Part shown: in pieces, positions 11,251 through 22,223 of the stretch | Position numbering within the stretch: the stretch's first letter is position 1 | Layout: each line of letters begins with the position of its first letter | DNA from: Lama guanicoe | Taxonomy: Eukaryota | DNA: 34,858 nucleotides | Direction: 5' to 3' | Assembly: GCA_013239625.1 (NCBI GenBank) | Contig: MU054268.1 | Location: 1 to 34,858, forward strand | Program-made: the position numbers and the translations under genes | Notes under the pieces: generated by a model | Told to the model about the DNA's origin: nothing | The model's database searches: none | The model's input: only the letters and a program-made list of their open reading frames with translations

Positions 11251-11364
11251 GTAGATCTGGGCCCCAGGGTCGCTGGGCAGAGCTGGGTGCATCCAGGCAG
11301 CTGGGCAGGGCCAGGTGCCTCTGGCCCTTCTCTGGGCTCAGGCCAAACCGGCCCCCACCCCCAG

Positions 11365-11524
11365 GACCTCCCGGAGAACAAGCCCCTGCAGCCACCCTCG
11401 GACATCAGCGTGGCGGCTGCCGGGCCTTGGCCGCTGAACCCTGGGGCCTCCCAGCCGTCAGCTCCCTGCGGTGCTTCCTCTCCTGGCCCCCAGACCACTC
11501 AGTCCCCACCTGGAACAGTGCAGG
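11365..11524 (+). pseudogene. OTOF: OTOF pseudo-exon (C2DE), frameshifted, donor lost
   Basis: [16 protein letters not shown]...[23 protein letters not shown]. Confidence 0.87.
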
Positions 11525-11957
11525 GATGGCCGTGCCCCGAGACCCACGGATGGGGCTCCAAGGGTTTCTTCCTTGGGCTCATCCCCTACTCAGAGTCAGG
11601 GAGGCCAAGAGGGAGGACACACGCAGGAGCCAAATAAGGCTGCCCCTCACTCGCGAGCCAGAAAGGTCCAGGGCCAGGCATCCTTAGAGGGCCTGAGGGC
11701 GGATGGCTTCCTCTGCCAGGTCTTGGAGAAGACCCAGGCCCCCTCCCAGCCTCACTGTGTCACTCACCACAGCCCACCCTCCTCTCTGGCCACCTCGTCC
11801 TCTGCCTGTGCCCATCTTTTCTCCCGCAGCTGTCGCCTCCCTCCCTCTCCCCTCAGAAAGCTCCAGAATCAGCTTTAACCTCCGGTCATTTCATCCACCC
11901 CTGACTCTCACCATTACTCCTGCTCTTTCCTGTCTGTCTGTCCATCTCTCTGTCAAG

Positions 11958-12088
11958 GCAGACTCCCCAGGGCTGCCATGTGCTGTACAATGGGGGGGCT
12001 CTCCTCCCACTCTGCAGGGGAGGTCGTGGTGAACATGGAGCCAGAGGTGCCTGTCAAGAAGTTGGAGACCCTGGTGAAGCTGGACGCA
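11958..12088 (+). pseudogene. OTOF: OTOF pseudo-exon with two alternative acceptors (about 11958 and 12018)
   Basis: [14 protein letters not shown] then cag|[24 protein letters not shown]|gtgag. Confidence 0.87.
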
Positions 12089-13199
12089 GTGAGGTGCCTG
12101 GGGTCAGTCCCACGCTGGCTGCGGACGTGCACCTGCATATGACACTTTACCAGAGCCAGGCCAGTCCACCTGTGAGACAATACATTAATGAAGTCACTTC
12201 TCCTTCAGCATGTGATGGGACAGGGCCTCCCCTGACTGCATGTGCACACAAACCTGTCCTAGACTGTCCTGGGAGGGAGGACTCAATTCTGCGTGTGTGT
12301 GTGCATGCATCTGGGGACACATGCCTGAAAATGCGGTTCGCATGTATGAGAGGCAGGGAGAACAGTGACCATGTGAAGTCATAGCCTGCAATTACTTTTA
12401 TTCCAACAAACCCCATAGGCAATGGATTCCTTGTGTGAACAACAGGGTTCTTTCCAGAGGGTCCCTGGGTTCCTTCCCAGCCATTCACAAAAGACCCTCC
12501 CCACACCTGGCTTGGGGACGAATTTCCGGGTGGAAGCTCCTTATTCGTCCTTTGGGGCTAGGGCTGTTTATCTGCCACAGGGAGACCTGGGGGTTCAGGC
12601 GTGAAGGTGGCCTCGGCCGAGGAGGGCAGGATGGAGGCCGGCCTGGAACAGGCCATCCTGGGTCCAGAGAGTGTGGAGGAAAGGGGTCGGGCCTCCTCCT
12701 AGCCCCCCATCACTTGCTCTGTACCCCATTCCTCACGTCGTGTGCTGCATTCAGCCTGGGGTGCCCCCTAGCTTCTGAAGCCTGAGCTGGGTCTGAAAGG
12801 ACCCTCCCTTACCCCCATCACCCTGGTCCCCAGAGGGTTCCAGCCAGAGAGTCCCGGCTGAGTCAGTGCGGGTGTGGCTCTGGGGAAAGGGGAGCAGTGG
12901 AGGCCCAGGCCTGGCACACAGGCCCGGGTGGCAAGGCCAGGGATCCGGGGCTGCACCCAGAGACCCCACGCCCCCCTGAGCTCCCAGTCTCCTGACCTCC
13001 CCCTGACGGTGTCCAGGCCATCAGTGAACAGAGGACGGCACTGGCCCGAGCTTCCCCATCATCCCACAGGCCCTGGGCTCCTGTGGGGCCGTGTCACCAG
13101 GATCCTCTTCAGCTGTGTCGCTGAGCATCCACTTCCCTGTTGAGGCCTTTGTCCCCCCGTAGCCGACATCACTGAGCGCCGGACTCATACCTTGCCAGC

Positions 13200-13362
13200 C
13201 TCCCCTCCCGACACGGCCTGCACGTTGCAGGGATCCCCTGGCTGTGCGCAGCCATCCCGGGGCCCAGCACCCCCATTTAGACTCGGTGGAGCTCTGCAAC
13301 TGGTCACTTTTGAAAGCCCCCAGTGATTCTAACGTGCAGCCAGGGTTGCCAGCCACCGCCCT
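13200..13362. mobile_element. MER5-like DNA transposon fragment
   Basis: ccccagtgattctaacgtgcagccagggttgccagccac terminal motif. Confidence 0.55.
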
Positions 13363-13558
13363 GGAAGGTCTGAGAAAACATCTACGAGGCAGAGCCTTCG
13401 CGGCCTCAGAATTGGCTGTGTGAGCACAGGTGCTCGTAGTGCACAGGGTGTGGCCCTGCGTCAGCTCCCTCTCCTCCTCCCTCCCGGTCTGGGCCGCTGC
13501 CTCCACGTCCAGCCCAGTGGCTAAGGCCTCTCCCTGTCTCCTTGCTTCCCCCCTGCAG

Positions 13559-13588
13559 ACTTCTGATGCGGTCATCACGGTGGACATA
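13559..13588 (+). pseudogene. OTOF: OTOF 30-nt pseudo-exon, donor lost
   Basis: Polypyrimidine-cag|TSDAVITVDI (recalled OTOF TSEAVVKVDV). Confidence 0.78.
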
Positions 13589-14009
13589 TTCAGTGTGGGG
13601 ACCACAGAGGATTCTGGACAGAGAAGACCCTACACCATGCAGGGTATCAGGAAAAGGGGAGCAGCTTCAGGGACTAAGACACCCCAGCCCCTGGCTTCCA
13701 GCCAGCACGCCTCCCCGGAAGAGACAGCTGGAGAGAGCTGCTTGGGGAGCAGGGCCCCCGGGTGCTGGTTCTGCCTCAGCTGGTGGTTCACGCTGGCAGG
13801 TCACGACCCTCTGTGGGCCGTGGCATCCATTTCCACAAATCAAGGCCCTGCCCCTTTAACATTGGTGGCCCCCCAGGGCCTCTTGGAGCCCAGGGCTTCC
13901 GGGGAGCAGATGGTCAGAATGGATGGGGTACTCCCAGATGGTACAGTTCTCTGGGGATGGCCAGGGTGCTGGGATGTATGCAGGACTCTGGACCTGGCTA
14001 ATCCATCAG

Positions 14010-14141
14010 GCTGATGAGGATGAGGAGAAAGAGAAGGAGAAGGAGAAGGGCATCTCAGAAGAGACGGAGGAGGAGGAGCAGGGTGAGAGCATGTGGGACT
14101 GGCGGTCCAAGTGCTTCACTGCCATAGACACCATGAAGGAG
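14010..14141 (+). pseudogene. OTOF: OTOF pseudo-exon, donor GT>CT
   Basis: ADEDEEKEKEKEKGISEETEEEEQGESMWDWRSKCFTAIDTMKE. Confidence 0.9.
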
Positions 14142-14949
14142 CTGAGGCCTCAGACCGGGGTTGGGGCCCGAGGAGAGACTAGGCTGGGAGAGCTGATCAC
14201 ATCTCCCCATCAGACCGTCCAGTCCAGCTTCTTTCCTGCCCCCTACTCCATCAACATGAGCTTGGAGCAGCCTGTCTCACAGCCTTGAAGTTCTCGCTCA
14301 GGACTCACCTATTCCAGGATGGAGGGCCAGTTCCCCTTCCCTGGCTTGGTTTTCTCTTGTCTTCATTCCTTTTCTGCACATTATCTCTTGAGTATATATC
14401 ATCAGACACCAACCTGGGTGCTATAGGAGCCTAAAGAGAAGATGCCGTACCTGCCCTGGGTATTTCCTGGACATGCAAAATGGACATGTAAGCAGATCTA
14501 TCGCGGTGTGATAAGAAAAGCAATTCAGTGCCTGGGGGAGTCAGGGAAGGCTTCACAGAGGAGGTGACCTTTGAGGACGAAGAGAAACATGCACTCAGAC
14601 ACCAAAAGGGAACAACTTCTCAGTAGTACCTGCACATCTATTTCTATCTAACACCTCATGCTACTTTATTTTACACACCTCGGTCACTGTTGCTGTGAAA
14701 TGTTCTTCCCTATCGTGTGCACGTGGGTTCTGTCTGCTGAGCCAGATGGCAGTTTCCAGATAAATCAATTCTCCTCGTCCTCGTTTGTCCCTTCACCCCA
14801 CTGCCGACCGAGCTCAAGGCACCCCCTGACTGACCGGCTGACCAGGAGGGACGTGTGCCTGTGGTGTGTTTCCTCAGCCAAGCTGATCCAGCCACACTCT
14901 CCCCCCAGGCCCTTTCTGGGTCCCAAGTTGGGTGTGCTGCTTACCATCC

Positions 14950-15330
14950 ACGTTAGTCAGAGCACAGGCTAAGCTGCTGTAGTAAGTTAGATTGGTGTGA
15001 GCAAGAAGGTGGTGTGGTGATTCCATGGTGTCAGGGAGCAATACCCTGGCATCTTGTTACTGGCATCTGTGTGGCTAGAGATGGCTTGCCGTCACATCCC
15101 AACACCAGTGCGCAGGAATTGTCCAGACAAGAGGAGGCACACTCCTTTCCCTTTAAATGCGCAACCGAGAAGCTGCAAATACCACTTTCACTCATGTTGG
15201 CTGGAATCTAGACCCATAGTCACACTTGGCTGTGAGGGAGGCTGGGAGATGTCATCTTAGCTTCGTGGCTGTGTGTCCAGAAACATGTTTGAAGAGCAGG
15301 AGAGCTGATAATTGGGGGCCACCTAGTAGT
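14950..15330. mobile_element. MLT1-like (ERVL-MaLR) LTR fragment
   Basis: cacacttggctgtgagggaggctgggagatgtcatctt motif; boundaries approximate. Confidence 0.5.
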
Positions 15331-15507
15331 ATCTTCTCCCGCCATCACCTCCTGGATTCAAGTTGGCCAGGCAGGAGCTCCATCCATCCAAGAGGCGGCC
15401 TTGTGTCTATTCCTGTCATTTGCACAGGCTACCACCAGGTGGCGGTGGCACCTTGGTTGGAACCTGGTGATTTAGTGTCCAGTGTGTACTGACTGAAGCA
15501 CATTTGC

Positions 15508-16668
15508 TTTTTCTTTTTTTTTAATTGAAGTATAGTCAGTTTAAATGTACAATTTCTAATGTACAACGTAATAGTTCAGGCATACATATATATACACGTA
15601 TTCGTTTTCATATTCTTTTTCATTATAGGTTACTAGATGACGCTGAATAAATTTCTTCTGCCATACAGAATAAACTTGTTTATCTATTTTATATATAGTA
15701 GTTGGTATCTGCAAATCTTGAACTCCCAATTTATCCCTTCCCACCCTCTCCCTCTTGGTACCCATCAGTTTGTTTTCTATTTCAGTGAGTCTGTTTCTGT
15801 TTTGTAAGTGAGTCCATTTGTCTTTTTTTAGATTCCACACATAAGTGACATAATGTGCTATTTTTCTTTCTGTTTCTGGCTTACATCACGCAGAATGGCA
15901 ATCTCCAGGTCCAAACATGTTGCTTCAAATGGCATTATTGTATTATTATTTATGGCTGAGTAGTAGTCCATTGTAAAATATACCACACCTTTTTCATTCA
16001 GTCATCTGATAATGGACGTTAAGGCTGCTTCCATGTCTTGGCTATTGTAAATAGTGCTGCTATGAACGTTGGGGTGCGCATATCTTTCTGAATTAGAGTT
16101 TTCTCCAGATCTCTGCCCAGGAGGGGGATTACTGGATCATATGGTAAATCTATTTGTAATTCTTTGAGGAATCTCCATGCTGTTTCCCACAGTGGCTGCA
16201 CCAAACTTCTTTCCCGTCAACAGTGTAGGAAGGTTCCCTTTTCTCCACACCATGTCCAGCATTTATCATTTGTGGACTTTTTAAGGATGGCCATTCTGAC
16301 ACCAGGTGTGCGGTGATACCTCATTGTAGTTTGGATTTTCATTTCTCTGATAATTAGCGATATTGAGCATTTTACATGTGCCTATTGGCATTTGTACGTC
16401 TTCATTGGAGAATTGCTTGTGTAGGTCTTCTGCCCATTTTTGGATTGCATTGTTTGTTTTCTTCATATTAAGTTGTATGAGGTGTGTATATATTCTGGAT
16501 ACTAAGCTCTTCTCAGTCTCATCTTTTACAAATATTTTCTCCCATCCCGTAAGTTGTCTTTTTGTTTTGTTTATGGTTTTATTTGTTCTGCAAATCTTAT
16601 AAATGTGATCAGGTTCCATTTGTTTATTTTTGCTTGTAGTTTTATCGCCCGGGTAGATGGCCTGAGGA
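15508..16668 (-). mobile_element. 5'-truncated LINE-1 (ORF2 C-terminus, 3' UTR and poly-A tail)
   Basis: Poly-T at 15508-15522; ORF2 motifs [52 protein letters not shown]; disrupted frames. Confidence 0.95.
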
Positions 16669-16708
16669 TTTGACTTGGAGGAGAAGGAGGAGATGGGCAA
16701 CACTGAGG
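16666..16708 (+). pseudogene. OTOF: 3' remnant of OTOF exon; 5' part replaced by L1
   Basis: GFDLEEKEEMGNTE|gtgag (recalled OTOF GIDLEEKEEVDNTE) directly abutting the L1 5' end. Confidence 0.82.
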
Positions 16709-16976
16709 GTGAGCCCTGGAGCCCTGGAGCCCTGGAGCCCTGCGGGGTGGGTAGCCCCCCTGCCTGTCACATCCTGGTTGTTTCTCTTTCCCCTTCTCGT
16801 GGGCCCCTAAAGCTGCAGCAGCAAATAGCAGATATCAGGCATCCCTGGCCACCAGGAAGCAGGCTGAGGCCCTTATCTACAGTGGCTTTTACTCTGATCA
16901 ATTCAGCAGAGTGATGGACAGACACTTAGAGTCACAGAGCATCAGAGCTGGAAGAGACCTCAGAGCTCATTCCATT

Positions 16977-17240
16977 CAGTATTTCTAGACATGTTCCATG
17001 GAACACTATGAATGGGTATTTTGAAGGAAGTTCTTGGGTCAAATGGGTTAAACAGGTCCTTGGGTACAGGACTTCTCAGTGCCTTTAGTATACAAATGCT
17101 ATTCTGAACCTCTAGAAGACACAGAATACCCACTTATTTTCTGTGTGTGTGTGTGTCTGTGTGTATGTGAATTCTTCTAATGCACTCCAAGAACTCCTAC
17201 GCCTGGTGTTCCACTTAATGCTGTTTAGAAAACGCTAGTA
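16977..17240. mobile_element. Ancient hAT-Charlie (MER112-like) fragment
   Basis: tgttccatggaacacta...caggacttctcagtgcctttagtat. Confidence 0.45.
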
Positions 17241-17541
17241 TAGAACAATCCTCTTAATGTTAAAGACAGGTAGACTGAGGCCAGAGACGAGAGCAAGCTG
17301 GCACCAGAGCCAAGCTTCTTCCATGCCCCTCTCTGTCAAAGGGCACACGGCAGTCTTTGCACATTCCCCGCATCCTGGGTCCCGGCCCCGTGGGAGGCAG
17401 GCATGCCAGGCAGCATTGTCTGCATGTTCCAGATGAGCACACAGACACCTGCAAAGATAACCTAGCAAAGCGCCGGAGCTGGGTCTCCAACCTGGCCTTC
17501 CTGCTCAGATCATCTCCACCTCCTTGTCTGTTTCCGGCCAG

Positions 17542-17675
17542 GCCTGAAGGGGCCAATGAAGGGCAAGGAGAAGGCGAGGGCTGCAAAGGAGGAAAAGAAG
17601 AGAAGCCAGAGCCTGGGCCCTGGTCAGGCGTCTGAGGCCCCCAAGAAGAAGAGACTCAAGACTGATGAGCTCGAG
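17542..17675 (+). pseudogene. OTOF: OTOF pseudo-exon
   Basis: [44 protein letters not shown]|gtgag. Confidence 0.93.
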
Positions 17676-17798
17676 GTGAGGGTCTGGAAACAAATGCTGT
17701 CAGAGTGTGGGGGTCACACCTGGGGCACCAGGTGGCAGATGGGGCAAGACGGAGGCCTATGGACTGGCCTTGCCCCCTGACAGCCAGGCCCGGCTCAG

Positions 17799-17933
17799 GT
17801 GTTCCCCAAGGAGCTGGAGTCAGATTTGGACAACTTTGAGGACTGGCTGCACACTTTCAACCTGTTGTGGGGCAAGACAGGGGATGATGGAGATGACCTG
17901 ACGGAGGAGGAGCACATCGTGGGCCAGTTCAAG
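17799..17933 (+). pseudogene. OTOF: OTOF pseudo-exon, donor lost
   Basis: [45 protein letters not shown]|aa, 135 nt. Confidence 0.93.
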
Positions 17934-18311
17934 AACAGGCAGGGAGTGTGGTCCCAGCCCCTGAGCCCCAGGCCCTGAGTCCTGAGCCCCCTACCTCTTC
18001 TCCCCACCCCAGTCCCAGGGCTGACAGCCAGGTGGAGCCATCAGCTGTCCTGCTTGATAAAATATGAAAATACTTCCATGCTGATTGACAAAGAGCATCT
18101 GCCCTGAACCCAGCTCCCCACCCCTCCTCTCGTAGAGTTGCCTCCATGGCCACTCCTTCCAGAAAACCTGACTCCCTGTGATCCAGCAACTAAAGGGTTA
18201 AGGCCCCACCACAGCAGGGTGCAGACCCTCAGTGCTCTTGGCTGTTTTGAGTGCCACCCCTGCCTGTGCCCATGGGAACCTGCACCCTGACCCACGCCTG
18301 CCTCACCCCAG

Positions 18312-18449
18312 GGCTCCCTCTGCATGAACAAAGTGCCCCTCCCAGAGGATGTGTCTTGGAAAGCCGGCTACAACCCCACCTGTGGCATGTCACAGGGCAT
18401 CCCCAGCAATGACCCCATCAACATGCTGCTCCGAGTCTCTGTCGCCCAG
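18312..18449 (+). pseudogene. OTOF: OTOF pseudo-exon (pre-C2E)
   Basis: [46 protein letters not shown]|gtgag, 138 nt. Confidence 0.93.
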
Positions 18450-18744
18450 GTGAGAGTCCCCTCGCATCCCCTCCCAGCAGTCCTCACGCCCAGGAGGGGC
18501 TGAAGCAGCTGCAAACTGACAGCCTCCAACTGGGAGGCACCAGGGAGGTCAGTGAGTCTGGTTCCCATCATTTATAGGGGAGGAAACCAAGGCCCAGTGA
18601 GGGTCGGCATCTTGCCTAGGGTCACAGGAGTCTCTGGTCCAGTGCTCTGCCCTTCACCATCACGGGGCCATCAAGGAGAGGGCAGGGGCACTGGGAGATG
18701 AGCAGGGTGTGGGGAGCCTACTCAGGACCACCCCTCCATCCCAG

Positions 18745-18818
18745 GCCACAGACCTGCACCCTGAAAGACTGACGCCCGAGAACTCCATCTCCAAGCAGCT
18801 CAAGCCTGTCTTTGGGAA
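18745..18818 (+). pseudogene. OTOF: OTOF pseudo-exon (C2E) with internal deletion
   Basis: ATDLHP-[DINGKADPY loop absent]-KTDA..ENSISKQLKPVFGK|gtaag. Confidence 0.87.
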
Positions 18819-18925
18819 GTAAGGCCTCTTCGTGCCCCACCGCCAGCCCAGCCTGACCTCCTCAGCCCAGACTACCTCCCACCCCACCCCACCCCTCAGC
18901 CCTTCTCCCAGCCCCCTACCACCAG

Positions 18926-19092
18926 CGCCTTTGACATCGAGGCCTCCTGCCCCATGGAATCCATGCTGACGGTGGCCATGGATGACTGCGATCTGCAGGC
19001 ACTGACGACCGCATCGGGGAAACCAAGACCGACCTGGAGAAGGGCTTCTACAGCGAGCACCGCGCCGCTCGCACCTGCTGCACCTGAACTCT
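18926..19092 (+). pseudogene. OTOF: OTOF pseudo-exon (C2E), frameshifted
   Basis: AFDIEASCPMESMLTVAMDDCDL/GTDDRIGETKTDLEKGFYSEHRA; 3' end approximate (gtatatg at 19093). Confidence 0.87.
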
Positions 19093-19451
19093 GTATATGA
19101 GATTCAGGCCGGTTGTTCTCGGGACAGGAACAGGCGCCTCTCCAGGCGCCAAGCGGTCGTCCGCTTCCCCTGCCTTCCTGGAGGCCCTGACCCTGCGAGC
19201 CCCAAGTGAGGGACAGGGGCCTTAACTCGGCTGCAGGCACGCGCCCGGGGCGCGTCCACGCGCAAACCCCCAGCCCACGAGGGCGGCGGGCGGCGGGCGA
19301 GCAGGGAGCAGGGGCGCGGGGCGGGGTGGGAGGAGGGAGGGCGGGGGCTGCGGAAGCTGAGGCCTGGCTGGGAGTCAGTGCTGCGCCCTCTGCCGGCATG
19401 AGTTGGGCGCTGGAGTTCTGAGAGACTGGCTGTGCAGCTGAAGAACACAAC

Positions 19452-20303
19452 GTGACAGAAACAGATGCCTTCGCTAGGAGAGAAATGTTTGATCCAGCAG
19501 AAAAGTACTTAATGGACCACAAGAGGAGAGGAGTTGCTTTAATCTTCGATCATGAGAGGTCCTTCTGGCACCTGACGCTGCCGGACCGGCGGGGAACCAG
19601 CGCGGACAATCTTCAGCGCAGGTTTTCAGATCTAGGATTTGAAGTGAAACGCTTTCATGATCTTAAAGCAGAAGAACTACTGCTCAAAATTCATGAGGCA
19701 TCAACCTCTAGCCATGTAGATGCCAATTGCTTTTTGTGTGTTTTCCTGAGTCACGGTGAAGGCAACCCCATTTACGCATATGATGCCAAAATTGAAATTC
19801 AGACACTGACTGGCTTGATCAAAGGAGACAGGTGTCAGAGCCTGGTTGGAAAACCCAAGACGTTTATCATTCAGGCGTGTCGGGGAAACCAGCACGATGT
19901 GCCCGTCATTTCTTTGGATGTCCTGGATCATCAGACAGATGTGCTTGATGCCAACGTAACCCAGGTGGACGCCGCCTCGGTGTGCGCACTGCCTGCCAGA
20001 GCGGACTTCCTCATGTGCTACTCGGTGGCAGAAGGTTGTTATTCTCATCGGGAAACGGTGAACGGCTCATGGTACATTCAAGATTTATGTGAGATGCTGG
20101 GAAAACCTGGCTCCTCCTTAGAGTTCACAGAACTCCTCACACTGGTGAATAGGAAAGTTTCTCAGCACCGAGTAGACTTTTGTAAAGACCCAAATGCAAT
20201 TGGAAAGAAGCAGGTCCCCTGCTTTGCCTCACTGCTAAGAAGCTGCATTTCTTTCCAAAATCTAAATGATAGGTGCTGTTTTGTTCTATGTATCTGTATT
20301 TAA
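19452..20303 (+). CDS. CASP6: Open caspase-6-like frame in the retrocopy (first in-frame ATG at 19485); function unproven
   Basis: TETDAF, FLSHGEG and QACRG retained. The original ATG at 19398 is followed by in-frame TGA at 19419-19421. A 2-codon deletion and a C-terminal frameshift after CFAS are present. Confidence 0.45.
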   Translation: MTETDAFARREMFDPAEKYLMDHKRRGVALIFDHERSFWHLTLPDRRGTSADNLQRRFSDLGFEVKRFHDLKAEELLLKIHEASTSSHVDANCFLCVFLSHGEGNPIYAYDAKIEIQTLTGLIKGDRCQSLVGKPKTFIIQACRGNQHDVPVISLDVLDHQTDVLDANVTQVDAASVCALPARADFLMCYSVAEGCYSHRETVNGSWYIQDLCEMLGKPGSSLEFTELLTLVNRKVSQHRVDFCKDPNAIGKKQVPCFASLLRSCISFQNLNDRCCFVLCICI

Positions 20304-21804
20304 AATAGATTTTCCCTTCTTTTTATAAAAGAAGTATCCCTAGGTTGAAGTTTACGGTATAGCAATTTAAAATGTTTTAAGCTTTAACGACAGAACTTCA
20401 AAAAAATAGTTCATATTGGAACATGGTGAAGGGATTTGATATGTAGTAATGAAATCCTCAGGGAATTCCTGTAAGTTAAAAATGCATTAGCATTTCTAAT
20501 ACTTGACTTTTATAGTAAATTGCAAGGTTACTCATAATATCTGGCTGATTTAACTTCTATTTTCTGACTTTTTTACATGAAACTTTTTAATCTTTTTAAG
20601 GGTTTTTGAATCCTAAAAATTAGTTTTCCTTTAATATTTGAAATTCATGTTTTATTAAATTTTTCTAATTCACATTCTTATTTACATAATTTATAGATGA
20701 CTTGTGTTACTTGGTCATGTAAATCTACGTATGAGTTTCCACTTTTTGTATAGGACTTGAACACTCACATTTTAAAAATTTAGCCTTCAAGAACAGTTCA
20801 TTTTTTTCACAGTGAGCATTACAGTCTTGTACAAAAAGTGATATTTCATGCATAGATACGACATTCTGAGAAGGAAATAGAAAACAAAACATAGTGACTT
20901 CTTAGTAGAAGCTACACACTTGCAGAGTTTGATTCTGTCAGTACCTTCTATGTTAAGTTGCTATACACTGTCCAGCAGTCCCACTTGCGGACTGTTATGT
21001 TAATGGAATAAGATATTACTTTTAAGATTCAATTCTTACTGATATGATATATAAAATTTGAGTAGTATGTTAATAACCTACCGGAGGCTGAAGATGGTTA
21101 TGTTTGGGCTCTGATAGCAAACGTGAGGGTTGCTAGCTCAGAAGCAGAAGTTTGCCTATGTCATTTCAGTTGCAGTTCAAAACATGTGCCAACTCTATGC
21201 TAAGGTCAGTGGGACATTTATACCTCTTTTTGTGTCATAACAGGGACTTCACGTCAGTTGAACATTTTACCTGTCCTTTAACCCCCTAATCACAGGCGTT
21301 GCCATCTCCATGGTTCTACCTATAAGAGCAAATAACTACAGACGATTTCAAGTGACAATTTATAATAATCTTACCTATATTTAATGATAAAAATTTTCAA
21401 CTACGAATTTAGAAAGTAATGACAAGATGATTCTAAATGAAGCCTAAGAATCAAAGTGAAGCCAGGCACACTGACAGTTTCACTTCCGCATGGGAGTGAA
21501 CGAACACAGGACACTGACGAGGAATCTTAACTCACGTGCTGAACTGCAGCAGCAGATGCTTTGATTTTGTTGCATGCATCCAAGCTCCTTCCAACAGCAA
21601 ACTCAATGAGCCGTGAAAATCCACAAACCAAAAAATCTCATATGAGAATATTAAAGAATACCTGTGTTTTGCAAGCATTTTTTTTACTAACAAAAGAAAC
21701 TGAAATAGTCAAATTCAAATGAACTACAGGACTCAGAAAGTTTCCAGTTTCTAAGCTGCAAATGAACACAATGCAAAAATTCACTGATATTTAAAAATGT
21801 AAGA

Positions 21805-21878
21805 TTACTTCTTTTCACTGAGTTCCTCTACTGGCATCTGCAAATAGAGTGGCGCACCCATCTCAGGGCTTCTGTAGC
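21805..21878 (-). pseudogene. MCUB: Antisense copy of MCUB (CCDC109B) last coding exon inside the CASP6 retrocopy
   Basis: Reverse strand cag|ATEALRWVRHS/LQMPVEELSEKK* versus recalled MCUB C-terminus AKESLKQARHSLCLQMQVEELNEKN*; MCUB is the convergent neighbour of CASP6. Confidence 0.8.
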
Positions 21879-22136
21879 CTGTCCACAGGAACAAAACGAG
21901 GCAGTGATCAGAAAGGACTGCAAGCCTATGAGAATTAGTGGTCACGAGGAACTCTATACCTTCAACATCTCCTTAGGTCAATACATAGATCTAAATTATA
22001 AGTGGCAACTGCCTACTATTAATATTACAATTTATGTGGATCTTTTTGTAAAACATGAGTTCAAGCTTTCTACTACATCCCTAGAGTTCTTGTTATGTTA
22101 GTTTTCGCCTTTACAGTGGTTTTCCCAGTTCATATT

Positions 22137-22223
22137 AAAAAACAAAAACAAAAACCTCAAAAATAAATAAATTAATAATAAATAATAATAATAATAATAA
22201 TAATATTAATAATAATAAAAACA
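22137..22223 (+). repeat. Retrocopy poly-A tail decayed to A-rich/(AAT)n microsatellite
   Basis: aaaaaacaaaaac...aataataataat... immediately before the TSD. Confidence 0.9.

Larger units (their letters stand above)
19108..22223 (+). pseudogene. CASP6: CASP6 processed retrocopy with 5' leader, long 3' read-through and A-rich tail
   Basis: Intronless caspase-6 sequence; TSD AGATTCAG at 19100-19107 and 22224-22231; A/(AAT)n tail at 22137-22223. Confidence 0.95.

Noticed and set aside
18896..19522. 208-aa minus-strand ORF
   Set aside because: Antisense shadow spanning the CASP6 leader and an OTOF exon across the insertion junction; low complexity.
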